A stretch of 64,000 nt of DNA from Eledone cirrhosa (Eukaryota): positions 102,300,001 through 102,364,000 of the forward strand of contig OZ024743.1 of assembly GCA_964016885.1 (NCBI GenBank), in the 5' to 3' direction. Both the position numbers and the translations under genes were made by a program. Positions 1-13,485 of the stretch are shown here, piece after piece (the stretch's first letter is position 1; the number at the start of each line of letters is the position of its first letter). The notes under the pieces are model-generated. The model was not told where the DNA came from. It saw only the letters and a program-made list of their open reading frames with translations, and made no database searches.

Positions 1-105
1 TGTTGAGCTCAATACAAATTTAATAACGGCGTTGAGCTCATTACACATTTAATAACGATGTCGGGCTTAATATTATTTTAAGAATCTTGTTGAGCTCAAC
101 ACAAG
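1..105. repeat. Degenerate ~29-bp minisatellite (GTTGAGCTCAATACAAATTTAATAAC-like), 3-4 copies, truncated by window edge
   Basis: GTTGAGCTC-like motif recurs at 2, 31, ~60 and 89 with similar following sequence. Confidence 0.6.
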
Positions 106-542
106 ATGGTTTTAGGGATTATGGTAAATGCAGACAATATCGGTCGCAGGAATTAATCAATATGATTTGTTATGAAATAAAACTCACCATATTTATTTCT
201 TCCATGAAAATATTGTTGTCTACTTCTATGACAATATTTTTTTTCTTTTGTTTTTGAGCGAAAAAAAGTTGCATTATGGAGAATAAAATATATTGTTGAT
301 TTTTTGATGTGTCAGAATGGACAAATATTAACTAAAAATGCCAAGCAGTATAAATGATTGTGAGTTGTAGTGTATGCGTACAGTAACTGGCCACAATAGA
401 CGCCACTTCAGTAAGTTATTGTGATCAATACTAGATAATGGAGAATATTAATTGAATTCTAATTGTAAATTTCGATAGCAGTAATGACATAAGAGAGAGG
501 ATTAGGCAAAGAAATAAACATAATTATAGGCCCTGATTCAAT

Positions 543-543
<1 letters not shown>

Positions 544-598
<55 letters not shown>

Positions 599-1078
599 CG
601 AGCACCATAGATATAGAGAGACAAAACTAGATGGAGAGACTGAAATACTATTTTGCTTTCTCAATTGAAAAGTTGCTTTTCATGAGACTATGAGCAGAAT
701 AACCCCTTTTTTTTTACTATATATATCATTAAACGATTTTAGATAATTTCTACGAGTACTTGTCTTCTAAGTTAAAATTTACACGTAAAATGGAAACGAA
801 ATCGGATTTAATCTTAGAAACAATGGATTGAGAATTGAATCCAAAAAAATAACCCTAAACAATAGAACACAAACAAAACACATTGCAAATAAAATAGAAA
901 TTCCGGATGTGCAGCAAGACAAGTTATAATATAAATCTCAGATTAAATTTGATATATGATACAACAGGATTAACATAGATCACCGGGTGGAAAGAGGCTT
1001 ACTGCATGCGATGAGCTTCCCATATTCGACATACCCGAGAGTATATATTCCTCCTCCATCTCCATCTCCACCACCACC

Positions 1079-1150
<72 letters not shown>

Positions 1151-1403
1151 GCTACTACTACAACTACTGCTACTACTACTACTACTGCTACTACTACTAC
1201 TATACTACTACTACTACTGCTACATGCATTTCATATTCATTTGAATATACATTTACTAGCAGCCTGCTGTTCAGAATTGCATTACTTCAGAACTTCAATC
1301 AACGTCTTCTCACCGCAACATGCCTCCCCTCTCTCTTACCCCCCCCTCTCTCTTTCTCTCTCTCACTCACTCTCTCTCACTCACTCTCTCTCTCTCTCAC
1401 ACA

Positions 1404-1473
<70 letters not shown>

Positions 1474-1488
1474 ATCTCTCTCTCTCTG
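544..1488. repeat. Microsatellite cluster: (AGAT)n 544-598, (CCA/CTA)n ~1069-1220, (CT)n ~1330-1487
   Basis: Direct reading of simple repeats. Confidence 0.95.
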
Positions 1489-1924
1489 TATGAATATATT
1501 TGTGCCCTCGTGGAAAATAAACAGGAATTTGTATGAATATATACGCATTTTTTGTTGTCGTCAGCTCCAGCTCGTTTCTGATTATATATTTTGCACTTCC
1601 TAATTTACGATATTGTCTCTAGCGGATGGAAAGGTCAAATATTGCATGGGAAAATTGTCGACACAAGTTACATCTGATAGTCGATTGAAGCTTTGCTTGG
1701 AGTGTGCGAATCTTATGTCACAGTCTTTTATCTTCTTCAATTAATTTCTATGATGACTTTTTTCAAAATGTTTTTCCTCGTTCTTGATACAATGACACCA
1801 CCCTGTCCTCTCTTCTGCATGTTGTTCCTAGGACTTAGGTTCGATGCTGGTGCTCTTTATCTTTACTTTCAATTGGTCTTTATAACGTCACACGAGGCCA
1901 CCGCGAGAACTCTTATTATTAATG

Positions 1925-2590
1925 TACTAAGGATCGGATGCCATGTTTGCATGAAAGAGTTACGGCCCTTTATGGTCAGAGTTCAAATCCCGCCGAGGTT
2001 AACTTTTCCTTTCAACCTTACGGGGTCGATAAAGTATCAGTAATACACTGGGATAATTGCTGGCCTTGTGCCAAAAGTAGAAACAATTATTAGTGTACTA
2101 TGCGCATACTTGTTTTATGATTTATAATATAAGGATTTCTACTATAGGCAACACTTATAGGATAACGGAAAGTCGATTAAATCGAACGCTATATTATCGA
2201 CACCGTAAGGATGAAAGGCAAAGCTAACCGCGGCGGGATTTGAACTCGAAGCGTAAAGGGCCGTAACTCTATACAACAAAGCATATAATAATTATTTTTA
2301 CTTTAGACAAAAGGCCTGCAATTAAAAGGGGATGGGAAAGTCGATTAAATCGGCCGTAACTCACTGCCGTGAATTAGGTTGTCCGACGCTCTACTGATAT
2401 AAGGTATACTAGGGTGGTGGATTGGCAGTTTTGTTAGAGTCGGACGATTGTAGTTTTATTCCTGCGCTTTATGTTCTTAATTCAAGTACCGACAACGTCA
2501 ACTTTACTATCATCTTTCTGGGGTCGATATAACCAATATTTCCTCTTTCCCCTAAAATTGCTGTCCTTGTATCTAAATTAGAAATCATAT
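1925..2590. mobile_element. Cluster of four tRNA-derived SINE copies (+ 1925-2092; - ~2135-2290; - ~2295-2400; + ~2410-2590)
   Basis: B-box GTTCAAATCC, core CCTTTCA.CCTTACGGGGTCGATAAA and tail GGCCTTGTGCCAAAAGTAGAAACAATTATTA; the other copies are more decayed. Confidence 0.85.
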
Positions 2591-3460
2591 AATGTATATA
2601 TGTTTAGTAAATATGAACTCTATCACTGCTTTAATAAGATAGCAATATGGTTACATCACATATTTTATCTCGTTCTGAACAGGAAAAGAAACCAATCAGT
2701 TTCTGATCCTGATGCACGTTGATAGAAATAGCTATAAAATAATAATTTCCCTGGGGAAAGGAAATGGGTAGCTTTTCTGATGAAGAACAGATGTCATGAA
2801 ACTAGTAAGACATGACTTTCTCTTAATATGGAGAGAGGTAACTGATGGCATATCTACCTTGATTAGTGTTTCACAACGATATTATATTGTATTGGTACTC
2901 ATTTATTTATTTTTGACCCGTAACTCCTGGTGAAATCGTAGGGGTGCTGTAGTGACATACATCGTTTTGGGGGCATTTATACTTGTTGGAACACATCTTT
3001 ATATTAGAAAGAGCCAAAACTTATATTTCAACTACATATATAGGTTTATACTATAATCATACGTACAATAAATTATATAAACAACTTCTAATTTAGGCAC
3101 TTGGCCAGCAATTTGTGCGGTAGGAAACATCAATTACATCGTTCTGAGTATTTTCTGCTACTATATTTTATCGTTCCGATCATAGCAGGATGAGATGCAA
3201 AGCTGACCTCGGCAGGATTTAACAAAAAAAGCCGTAATACTGATAATAACATTAACGTGGAAGAATGCCACCTTCTATGTCCTATAACGCTGCTGTTGTA
3301 GTAAAGTACCAACTGAACTACAACCTGAGAAAATCTAACATCTAACAGACACAATGTATTATTCAATCTGTTGAATTTGATATGGAAATAAATGTTGTTC
3401 ATTCTAGATCCATAGAAAATGCTTAAGTAACCAGAAGGTTTTAATTTAACATTTTTTTTA

Positions 3461-3639
3461 CCGTATTTCCCGGCGCCGAAGACGCTTCGTCCTGGATTTT
3501 GAAACCAAAAACACCCTAATTTTGAAACCAAAAACAATGAAAAAAAAATAATAAACAACCTTCGACCTCCAGGGCGCATGGTAGATTTTTGAGACTTATT
3601 TTAGAACAAAAGTAGCGTCTTCGACGCCGGGAAATACGG
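3461..3639. mobile_element. 179-bp Tc1/mariner (pogo/Tigger-type) MITE
   Basis: TIRs CCGTATTTCCCGGCG(C/T)CGAAGACGC at both ends, TA duplication at 3459-3460 and 3640-3641. Confidence 0.9.
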
Positions 3640-3655
3640 TAAAAATAGTTTTTAC

Positions 3656-3718
3656 TGAAATAAGAATGTATTGTTGAATTACGAATGAACATAATTCAAC
3701 AATATATTCTTATTTCAG
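3656..3718. repeat. Short palindrome, ~27-bp arms
   Basis: CTGAAATAAGAATGTATTGTTGAATTA ... TAATTCAACAATATATTCTTATTTCAG. Confidence 0.85.
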
Positions 3719-4071
3719 GTTTTCACAAGTCATCTGGAAACAGACCTTTGGAAACATTCAATTAATATTGGGGTGACTGTTGTAGCGGGTGCCTTTGGCC
3801 ATTGTCCGCGGAAAGGCATTCGTGGTCTCGCGGGGAGAAGGCCTAACACCACCGCGCCCTAGGTATAGAGACCACCACCAACCCACTTCCCCCTCCCATT
3901 CTTCTGTGACCCGAGAGTCCTTGCCCTTCCCTTCATTGTTCCGTTTTTAAATATCTGTAGCATTGTTATTTGAAATAGATTGGTTTACGATTTTTTTAAT
4001 ATATGCCGTTAATAAATCATAAAAAAATACTTTGAATGGTCTCACTTTAGAGAAGAGAGGAGAGGCATGCC

Positions 4072-4127
<56 letters not shown>

Positions 4128-4170
4128 CTTCTTCTTCTTCTTCTTCTTCTTCTTCTTCTTCTTCTTCTTC
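4072..4170. repeat. Compound (GTT)n(CTT)n microsatellite
   Basis: Direct reading. Confidence 0.97.
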
Positions 4171-7100
4171 GTGAAAGGGTTATATAGACAGATTCCTCAG
4201 ACACGCCTTCCGGTGGGTCCTATCAGAAGCGTAAATTAAAAAGAAATTGCTTGTTTCCCCATCGTTTCCATTCTCCTGTTTAATTTGCATTTTGATATAA
4301 TAGAATATAGTTGATTGAACCAGGCCAATTAAATGATATTAATGGTATGAGATGCAAAATACAAACCAGGGGGATTGGAATGCAGATCATAAAGAAGTCG
4401 GACCTAATTACAGAAAAGCTTTTAGCCCAATACTGTAATGCCAAGGTATATTCAAGTTAATTTTATTCGCTCAATTGGGGTGATATTATGTTTCATGCTG
4501 GATTTTAATGAAAATCATAATGAGCTATTTAATCGTCTTACTTTTATAATATAACTCCTGTCTTTTCCTCAACAACAAAGACACGAGTGATCTCCTTTCA
4601 AATGTAAATATTTCACTTTATTGCCTCAAATTATGATCATTATAGACTTGCTTTTATTAGCAAGCAAATATTTATTTCCTATTATATATTTTATTTTTAC
4701 TTTTCTTTAAAACGAAATGACTGTTCAAATAATATTATCATACCATATGTCGTCAATAGAAAAAAGGGTTTCATTTCATAAATATTAGTAAATTGGTTCT
4801 TGCTTTATAAATGATAATAACTTTCATCCTAAATGTTGTGTCATCATTAGAAAATATCGTTATTAAATTATATTCCCAAAGAATATGAATACAGTCTATT
4901 TTTCTTTTTCGTTTAATTTTTCTTCACTTTGAACTCATCAGATAAATGAAAGTAACTAATATAATTGTTTCTACTTTTGGCACAAGGCCAGCAATTACCC
5001 AATGCATTACTGGTACTTTATTCTATCGACCCCGGAAGGATGAAAGGCAAAGTTAACCTAGGCGTAGTAACTAATATAATGTATAAAATAATGTTCCACA
5101 TTTCCACAGTAAGTGGTGCAAAGCGTCTGTAGTAAATCATTTATATATTCTAATATTACATGAATACTTACACATGAATAAACTCTCTATATATTTCGTC
5201 TGTTAATGCAAAATGTCAGAAATCGCTAGAAAGCTGGTGTTTATTTAATGTGAAAGAAAAAATAATGGATGTTCAACATGTTCAGAAATATTGTGGTTAC
5301 AATTAAATGCGCTAAGAATTTTTTGCTTACTGTCAACCATTTCTGCCAAACATGGTGTTTATATGAATGTAATAGTAAAAATGCGATACCCATCAATACA
5401 TAAGGTATAATCGCACTCTCGTAGTGCGAAACAGCTACACAGTAGACTATTTCTAGTTAGCTCGTTCCTATATCGTGGGTAGTATATCCAGTATATCCAC
5501 ATGACTTGGTAATGTGTCAATGTTATCTGTTATTTATTACTAATAAGTGGTGATGTAGCTTCTTGTTGATTTCTACGATGACCATTTAGTTGCTCGATTA
5601 ACTGAACGTATGTATTTTATAGATGCGTGCGCACTTTACGTAAATTCCAGTCCAAATCAGTGTAACAAGATGGCATGTAGTTGATCCTTTGCATGGTGGA
5701 TATAATCCAATTGATGGAACTTCTCTTCTATACAGAATTTTACTCACAAGGCTTCGATCAACACGAGGGTCTGGTTATAGATACTTGAAACTATTAAGTA
5801 GGATTGCAAAATAGGCTTCATAACAAGAGGGAGGGGTACATCATACAATCCAATCAATATCTGTTTAAGCAATTTAATCTATTTAATGTATAATTAAAAA
5901 TAAAGTGAGAAAGGTGAGATTATTCAACTTCGCCGATTACATGGGCTTTGTTTATTAAGTCCGGGTTTGACGCAAAAAAATATTTCAATTTAATTGAAAT
6001 TTCCGAGAAGTCGAAAAACAAATTAAAACGCGCGGTAATTTTTTTGCGACTCTCAAAGTAAAGAGGTAACGTCATGAAAATAAGAATTAATTCCACAAGT
6101 TAAATTTATTTAGATATTTAGGAAAAGAGCGGTTACACTATGCTGGAGAGGGTTAATAGACCGCAACATGATCATTGTTTAATCTTGCTTAAAAACAAAG
6201 CCCAGGCTATCATTTACATAATCATGGAGAAAAATGTTTCTTCTTTCAAAATTTCAGTTAAGAATTTTCCCGAGCATGAAATTCAACGACTCTTCCTTTA
6301 ACAAGATTAACATTCTAATTATCACAACTGAGAGAAATAAGCTGTGTTCTGACCTGGAGAGGAGATGGCTTCTGTCAGATTTAAGTGATCAAGTCACGGC
6401 GTGTATCCGAACGGCACAGTTACAAATCCATCGGGAGTTAAGGATCCATCCATGAATACATACATATAAGTGTGAATATGATTATAAAATACATGTTCTG
6501 ACTAAATTATTTATGGTTTTCAGACATATATCCTTTCTCCCGTGTCAATTCAGTTATCTCCATTAATCCCGTGTTGTCAGAATTGAATAGGGGAAATATA
6601 TATGATCCAAATGCATTTTACAGATCATTAGAATGGCCCTAATCTGCATTTTGATATCCATACTTCAGCTAGCTGTATATTTTAGCAGATTCAACTATAT
6701 TCATTTGTACTTAAATATATTTGTTTGAACAGAGTAAAATTTGGCAAAAGCTATCATGTTCTGAATATATACAGGATGAGTTATATACTCCGTAATGCTA
6801 CACATTTGCATATGTATCTAGCTTATTTGCAAATTGCTACCTCGCGCTAATGTATGTAACTCTATTGCAAATGTGAGAGATATGTTTGGCTCAAGTTAGA
6901 TTTCTCCCGATCTTGACGCCCATTACATTGTATGTTACTTATCATTACTAATATAGTTTCGTTTATTACCATTATCACGAATATGGTAGTAAGGAATATA
7001 TATAGAGATAGATCTGCATATAAGCATTTGGTAAACTGCAGTGTAAGGAGGGGAGTTGGCAGAGTTGTTAGAACGTATTGCAATACTCGTTATGGCCCTC

Positions 7101-7451
7101 TGCATTTTGAATTTAAAATTTTCCGAAGTAAAAATTGACTTTTATCTTCTTGGGGTCGATACAAAAGCACCAGTCAAATACTGGAGGTCGATTCCTCTTT
7201 CTATACCTCCTTCTCACTTCATCTCCATCAAACTCCTTCCTCCTTTCTTCACACTGAGAGAAGGGACAGACTCCGTTTGGTGTGAAATGCACAAGAAACA
7301 CTATATGTCACTACATTGTCCCTACGACTTTATCAGGAATTACGGGTGCATATATACATATAAACTACAATATAAATAGTTTAGTATATATGTAGACAGG
7401 AATAAACAATGGAAATATGTACCGTTGAATTCGACATTTATTGTATATCCT

Positions 7452-7645
7452 ATTAATTGTTTCTACTTTTGGCACAAGGCCAGCAATTACCCAGTGCATT
7501 ACTGGTACTTTATTTTATCGACCCCGTAAGGATGAAAGGCAAAGTCAACCTCGGCGGGATTTGAACTCAGATCGTAAAGGGACGTAACTATGCTGGAAAG
7601 CATGGCGTCCGACCCTCTACCGATACTGCCAATCCACCGCCCTTA
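7452..7645 (-). mobile_element. Full-length tRNA-derived SINE, young short-form subfamily with a Meta-like central domain
   Basis: Minus strand: GGCGGTGGAT-TGGCAGTATCGG (A box) ... GAGTTCAAATCC (B box) ... GCCTTTCATCCTTACGGGGTCGATAAAATAAAGTACCAG ... AGTAGAAACAATT. Further copies at ~3085(-), 4960(-), 7045(+), 26500(+), 34020(-), 35485(+), 37243(-), 38793(+), 39245(+), 39447(+), 42415(-), 44030(+), 50093(+), 59445(+), 62150(-). Confidence 0.92.
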
Positions 7646-8072
7646 TATATATATGTATATCCTATTAATGTAGATTAAAGTTTGTTCATTCTATCATTAC
7701 AATAGCAGAGGTCGGACGAGCTTTTGATTCCAGAGCTAGAATTGACAAAGCCATTAGCAGAGAGGGATGGACTGACAATATGACTTTCTTCTCTGAAGGA
7801 CTACGTATGCGAAAATTAACTTTTCTTCCCCTTTCTATATATATATTTTCTGGGTTTTTTTTGTTATTATCATTATTTTTCACTATTTGTACAAATAGGT
7901 AACTTAACAATATTCTGAATATCCGCAATTTAATGCTGAAACTGGTATTGTAAATAAATCAATATTTTGAAATTTCGCTAAGAATATCTCTTCAACATTT
8001 TCTACAGGAAAATTTCTTTTTCCTTTCTACTATTTGTTTTGTATATATATCAACTCGTGTGTTACCTTTCTA

Positions 8073-8179
<107 letters not shown>

Positions 8180-8236
8180 AGTGAGGTTATTTTTTACAAA
8201 ATGAAAAATAACCGAGGTGTCCTACACGAGTGAAAG

Positions 8237-8347
8237 TATAAAGAAAAATAGATGAAATCGAAAATGCAACTGGAGTCTTATTTAAAAAAAATATATATAT
8301 TTTTTTTAATAAAACTCCAGTTGCATTTTCGATTTCATCTTTTTTTT

Positions 8348-8354
<7 letters not shown>
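8237..8354. repeat. ~118-bp palindrome (foldback) with an AT-rich centre
   Basis: AGATGAAATCGAAAATGCAACTGGAG ... CTCCAGTTGCATTTTCGATTTCATCT. Confidence 0.88.
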
Positions 8355-8384
<30 letters not shown>

Positions 8385-9499
8385 AAAATACTTAAATATT
8401 TTGCACTACCTTAGGTTTCAAAAATCTCCCCTGATGGCGACTGCAGGATGCACACAGTTGTAGGATGCATGATGTAGTTGTGCAATGCTTAGGCCTAATT
8501 CATCAAGTCTAGAGTTAAATTCTGGACGAAATAAAGTTACGTAGTTGCTAGTGGATGATATATATCCAAACTTATATTTTTACCCTAAACTTCACAGGTT
8601 GTTAACATGCCACAGATTTCCTAAGTGGTAATATATAGGAAACAATAAATAATGTATTCATATATAGAAATATGGTATGTTGTTTTCCCTGTCGTTTTTC
8701 AACAAATCATCAGGGAACTTCTGTAAGAACAACACAATGTATATGATTGACAAATGACTAAATATATTTATAACTAGAATGTTTCCTGCAACTTTATGAG
8801 CTACACTATAGTTCCCATTACAATGGCGCCATTGTAGAGTTGGGCTGTCATTCGTGTGGCAGAAATAAATATCAAGTTTCTGGTGGCTCTCTCGAAATAG
8901 ATATACGTTGAATTCTGATGAGCGTAAACAAACGATCTTTTGATTGACTCGAAGCTTTTTACGTTTCTGTTTATTTACTAGATCTATCTGTGTGTCTCTA
9001 GGTCCCTCTCCCCATCTCTCAATCTCTCAATATATATATATATATACATATATATTGTGTGTGTATGAGTGTGTATGGATATACATATATACGTATGTAT
9101 ATATATATATATATATATATATGAAATTGAAAAAGTGGAGAATAACATGGTCAACAGTACAAAAAAAAGGGGATTTATTTGCAGTTTAACAATTGTTTCA
9201 CTGATAGAGTTGTCTAGACAGCAAATAAATCCCCCTTTTTTGTACTGTTGTCCAAATTATTCTCCACTTTTTCAATTTTATTACTCCAAGATAAATTTAC
9301 ATAGGAATACAAGTGAAATCATAAACTTGTAATCTACGTAAACCTCTATATATGCTTCGATTTTGAATATGTTTTGCAAGATTTCTCATCTGAAAACATG
9401 TGTTGAAACAGATATTGTTATACTTTGGGAGGGTCATGCTATTGATTTTCACTTCAATTTATTGTATTTCACTCCAATATATTATAAATTTGCGGAAGG

Positions 9500-11430
9500 T
9501 ACTTTATATATTGTCAAAGCTCTTACGTCACACATTATATGACCTCCTCAGTGACCAGGTTTTTATTTTATGTCTTTCCTTTGTTCTTTCCTACACCATT
9601 TTGTGTTTATGTGTTATGTGTTGTATGCTTAGTTTGCGCATGCGTTACATCTAGGCTTATTTATTATTAGTGTATTTATTTACTTGTCACTTGTAGGTTG
9701 TTTGTTCTATCTGTGTATGTCTGATTTATTTTGTTAGTTCTGTTTTGTGTGTGTATGTATGTCTTTATTTATTTTGTCCTTAATTACTAGTTGTGATAGT
9801 GCTATTCCACTCATGTTTTCTGTTTAATTTTGTTTTGCAGTTCGTTTATGTTTGTCGCCTCTGTGATGTGTTTGAGCATTGCACCCTTTCTGTGTGTGGA
9901 TATCATTTTTATCTCTTTGTTCTGTAATGTGCCCCTATGTTCTATTTTGACATGTTTTCTCCATCCTTGAGCTCTCGCAAGTGTTCACTTATCCGTTCTC
10001 ATATGCTACGGGCTGTTTCACTGGTGTATGTTATATTCTTCTTCCTACACTGTCCCTCAGTACATCTTATGATATATACTACGTTCCTAGTTTTGCAGTT
10101 AGTTTGCGAGCTTAACGTGCAGACTATGCATTTCCTATCAACACAGGGGTATCTTTGAAATGGGTATGTTTTACTAATTAGGGTTTTTAGAGGAATACCT
10201 GGTCTTTTAACTATCTTAATATGAAATTTGAGCTTGTCTAGGGCCCTTCTAAATCTGTAAGCTAGTTCGCTTCTAGGGGTTGTATTGACGAACACTCTGG
10301 TAGTTATTGCTATCATACCATGAGCTGATTTTATTTGCCTTATTCTTAATCCTTTCTATTCTGTTCCAAAATTTTCTCCTATACATGGGGCAAGTTCCAT
10401 TTACATCATTTTCTACAATGTTTGCCCATTTGGTTCTGGCTCCTTTATATATCCTGATCGTGTCTCTCTGATTTTCGCCAGAGAACTGCATGCAGTGGAA
10501 GAACTGATGTATTTGTCTTTCTAATTCTTTGGGGTTTCACATACGGGACACGTTACTCATCATTCTTACTAAGTCCGCAATCAGTATGTTGATTTTTATG
10601 TGATCCAAAACAACTGAGTTTCGGTGGATCATGTATTTGGAGGTCATCGGTTTGGCATAATGCGAATGGATGATTTGCGTTCTATTACTAATAGTTTCCA
10701 ACCAGAGTTCTGTATCTAGTACGAGTAATCTATGGATGGGGTGTTTAGTTGGGTAGTCTATAGTAATTTTAATACTCTGGTGGTTAGAGTTAGCTATTTG
10801 CTGAAGGATTTCCATTGTTCTCTAATTCCTGACTGTTCTCCTGTGGGGCAGTTTTTACTACGATATTTATGTCATTAACGTAGCGGGAGTACATAGTCGG
10901 GTTATATAATTGTCTAATTGTTCCTTAAGTCTTCTGTCCCACCATACTATAAAGAGGTTAGCTACGTCACCTGCTATGCTAACGCCAATGGCTGACACCG
11001 TCCTCTTTGGAATATGTTTTGCCATTAAATTTCAACATATGTTCCTTAAGGGTTAGTTTTATACTGGCCCACACCACATGTAGTCGAGATAGGCAGGCAG
11101 GTAGCCTGGTTTGCAGCAGTGCAGGGAGAGGTAGAGAAACTTGGTGAATCATTGTTACTTTTATGTGTCCAAATGGAATGTATTTCATTAGTGTGTGTGT
11201 CGCTGGTTTTATTTGTTGTTTGTGTGTGTAGTTAGGTTGTATGTATGGCATTCCGTATTATCAGTGGGGGTGCCTGCCTATCTCAAACATCCTGTCTTTT
11301 TCTTTCACAACATTCCAATTTCCTTTTTCTCAGAACTTTGCTCTTTCTTGCTGAAATATACGTTTAACATTCATGAATTTAAGACGGCATTGCGTTATTG
11401 TGTTTTGTCTTTGTCTTCTTTATATTGAAA
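9500..11430 (-). mobile_element. Decayed Penelope-like retroelement (RT + C-terminal GIY-YIG)
   Basis: Frameshifted minus-strand peptides: IGVSIAGDVANLFIVWWD, MYSRYVNDI (YVDD-derived), HYAKPM (thumb), CIVC...NVVYIIRC...YTSETARSI (GIY-YIG); hammerhead-like core at the 3' end. Confidence 0.88.
9513..9555 (-). ncRNA. Degenerate type I hammerhead ribozyme at PLE 3' end
   Basis: GUCA CUGAGGA G GUCAUAU-aau-GUGUGAC GUAA GAGCUU UGAC: stems I and II pair, GAAA mutated to GUAA. Confidence 0.6.
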
Positions 11431-11440
11431 AATATCTATA

Positions 11441-11478
<38 letters not shown>

Positions 11479-11619
11479 CATACATATATGTATATATATA
11501 TATATACATACATATATGCATATATATATATACATACATATATGTATATATATATATATATACATACATATATGTATATATATATATATACATACATACA
11601 TATATGTATATATATATAT

Positions 11620-11650
<31 letters not shown>

Positions 11651-11651
11651 C

Positions 11652-11737
<86 letters not shown>

Positions 11738-11798
11738 ATATATATATACATACATACATATATGTATATATATATACATACATGCATATATGTATATA

Positions 11799-12406
11799 TG
11801 ATGGCTGCCAACTCGTTTTCGAGTACGGCCACTACTTTATATCCATGTAATAGAACTCCTACCGATGCGCTGAACGAATGTGACTTTAGTCCAGCCAGCG
11901 ACTTGAAAACTCTGGTACAAACACTACACCTGTGACAATTATTGACACATAGTGCTAGGCCCATGGTACCATATGACGACAAGTGCAGAGAGATCTCCAG
12001 ATTTAAAGCAATGCCTGTGCCGTGAAGCTTTTATAGTGAGCAAAGGTACTGCACAAAGCCAGTCCCACTCTCTTAACCAATATGATATTTACCAAAAAGA
12101 AGAACAAGTCAACATCATTGGATACCATCAGAGTTGCAGGTGTTATATCAGAGTTTTCCTTCTCCTAGAATTCTGCCTTGACAAAGGCTAAGGGGTCATC
12201 TCTCCCAGCGATTTTGGATGGCCATTGACTCTTAAGAGCTCCTTTGCCCTTTGACAGGTTTTGTTTTTAGTCCTGCAGGATGTCCAAAGTCACCCTCCTC
12301 ACCAAGAAACCTTGGCGGAGTTGCCAGTTTAGTCCCCAACGACCCGACCATGAGACAGGTTGTACTGGGATACATGTTACCAGTAGCACCAACTGGTGAC
12401 CTGACA
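11799..12406 (-). mobile_element. ~610-bp non-autonomous RTE-derived element, copy 1, within a TA microsatellite
   Basis: Same termini as 63056-63665; RTE 5'UTR-like motif TCTAGGAGAAGGAAAACTCTGA; 3' part encodes [17 protein letters not shown] and ends CTCGAAAACGAG-TTGGCAGCCATCAT. Confidence 0.8.
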
Positions 12407-12420
12407 TAATATGTATATTT

Positions 12421-12525
<105 letters not shown>

Positions 12526-12527
12526 TG

Positions 12528-12559
<32 letters not shown>

Positions 12560-12618
12560 CATACATATATGTACATACATACATACATACATGTATATAT
12601 ATATACATACATACATAT

Positions 12619-13485
12619 TAGTGATCCCCTCTGACTTCTCAACATTCTCTACCTGATATTCTGTTTTGGTCTCATTCATTCTCAGCCCTACACTCATCGA
12701 CACAGTCTCAACCTCCCGCATCAAATCCTCTGCCTCCTTCACTGTATTTGTCACCAAAACTATGTCGTCGGCAAATTCAGCATCTGATACCTTTTTCGCC
12801 TTAACTCTCCTGCTCTGAGCCGGTGCTACAGTAAAACCAGAGTCCTGGTGTTTCTCCAGTGCAAGGCGCATACGATAGTCCACTATGGAAGGCCGTTAGA
12901 ATTGGTTGAGGGCTTCCTGTATTTGGGAGCAAAGATTGGGAATACGGAAGATGATGTGCTTGAGAGGAAGAGCAAAGCCTGGGCGGCGTGCCACAGCTTG
13001 AGATCGGTGTGGAAGTCGGACCTTCGTAAAGACCTGAAAATCCGCCTCTTCATTGCTGTAGTGGAGTCTGTGCTGCTGTACGGGTCTGAGACTTGGACAC
13101 TGACCAAGAAACTCACTCAGATAGTGGATGGGTGCTACACGAGAATGCTGAGGATGGCTCTGAACATTAATCAGTACACACTGAGGAAGAAAAACTCAGA
13201 GCTGTATGGGAGCCTCCCAAAAGTCAGCTCAAAAGTGACACAGAGGAGACTGAGGTTAGCTGGACATGCTCACCGACCTCCAGAATTAACATTGCACTCA
13301 GTACTCCTGTGTGAGCCCCTGCATGGACACACTAGAAGAGGAAGACCAAGGTTAACGTATGTTGATGCCCTAAGGACAGACACTGGCCCGTTGGAGACGC
13401 AGGACATGGCAGCGATAATGAGGGACAGAGACCGCTCGAGAGAACTCGTCCATGGATCTCGGGAATTTTACCCGCCCTAGATGAG
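12619..13485 (+). mobile_element. 5'-truncated RTE-clade LINE with an inverted 5' segment (12619-12886 minus, 12887-13485 plus)
   Basis: Minus part: IVDYRMR...EFADDIVL...[12 protein letters not shown]...EGIT. Plus part continues [14 protein letters not shown]...VESVLLYGSETW...LRLAGH...RGRP, stop at 13480, then ATGAG. Confidence 0.93.

Noticed and set aside
5943-6205. 17-bp inverted repeat and GGGTTAA suggesting piggyBac
   Set aside because: No matching TTAACCC left end or TSD found
7560-7645. tRNA gene
   Set aside because: The A and B boxes belong to the SINE head; no full cloverleaf or terminator, and it continues into the SINE body
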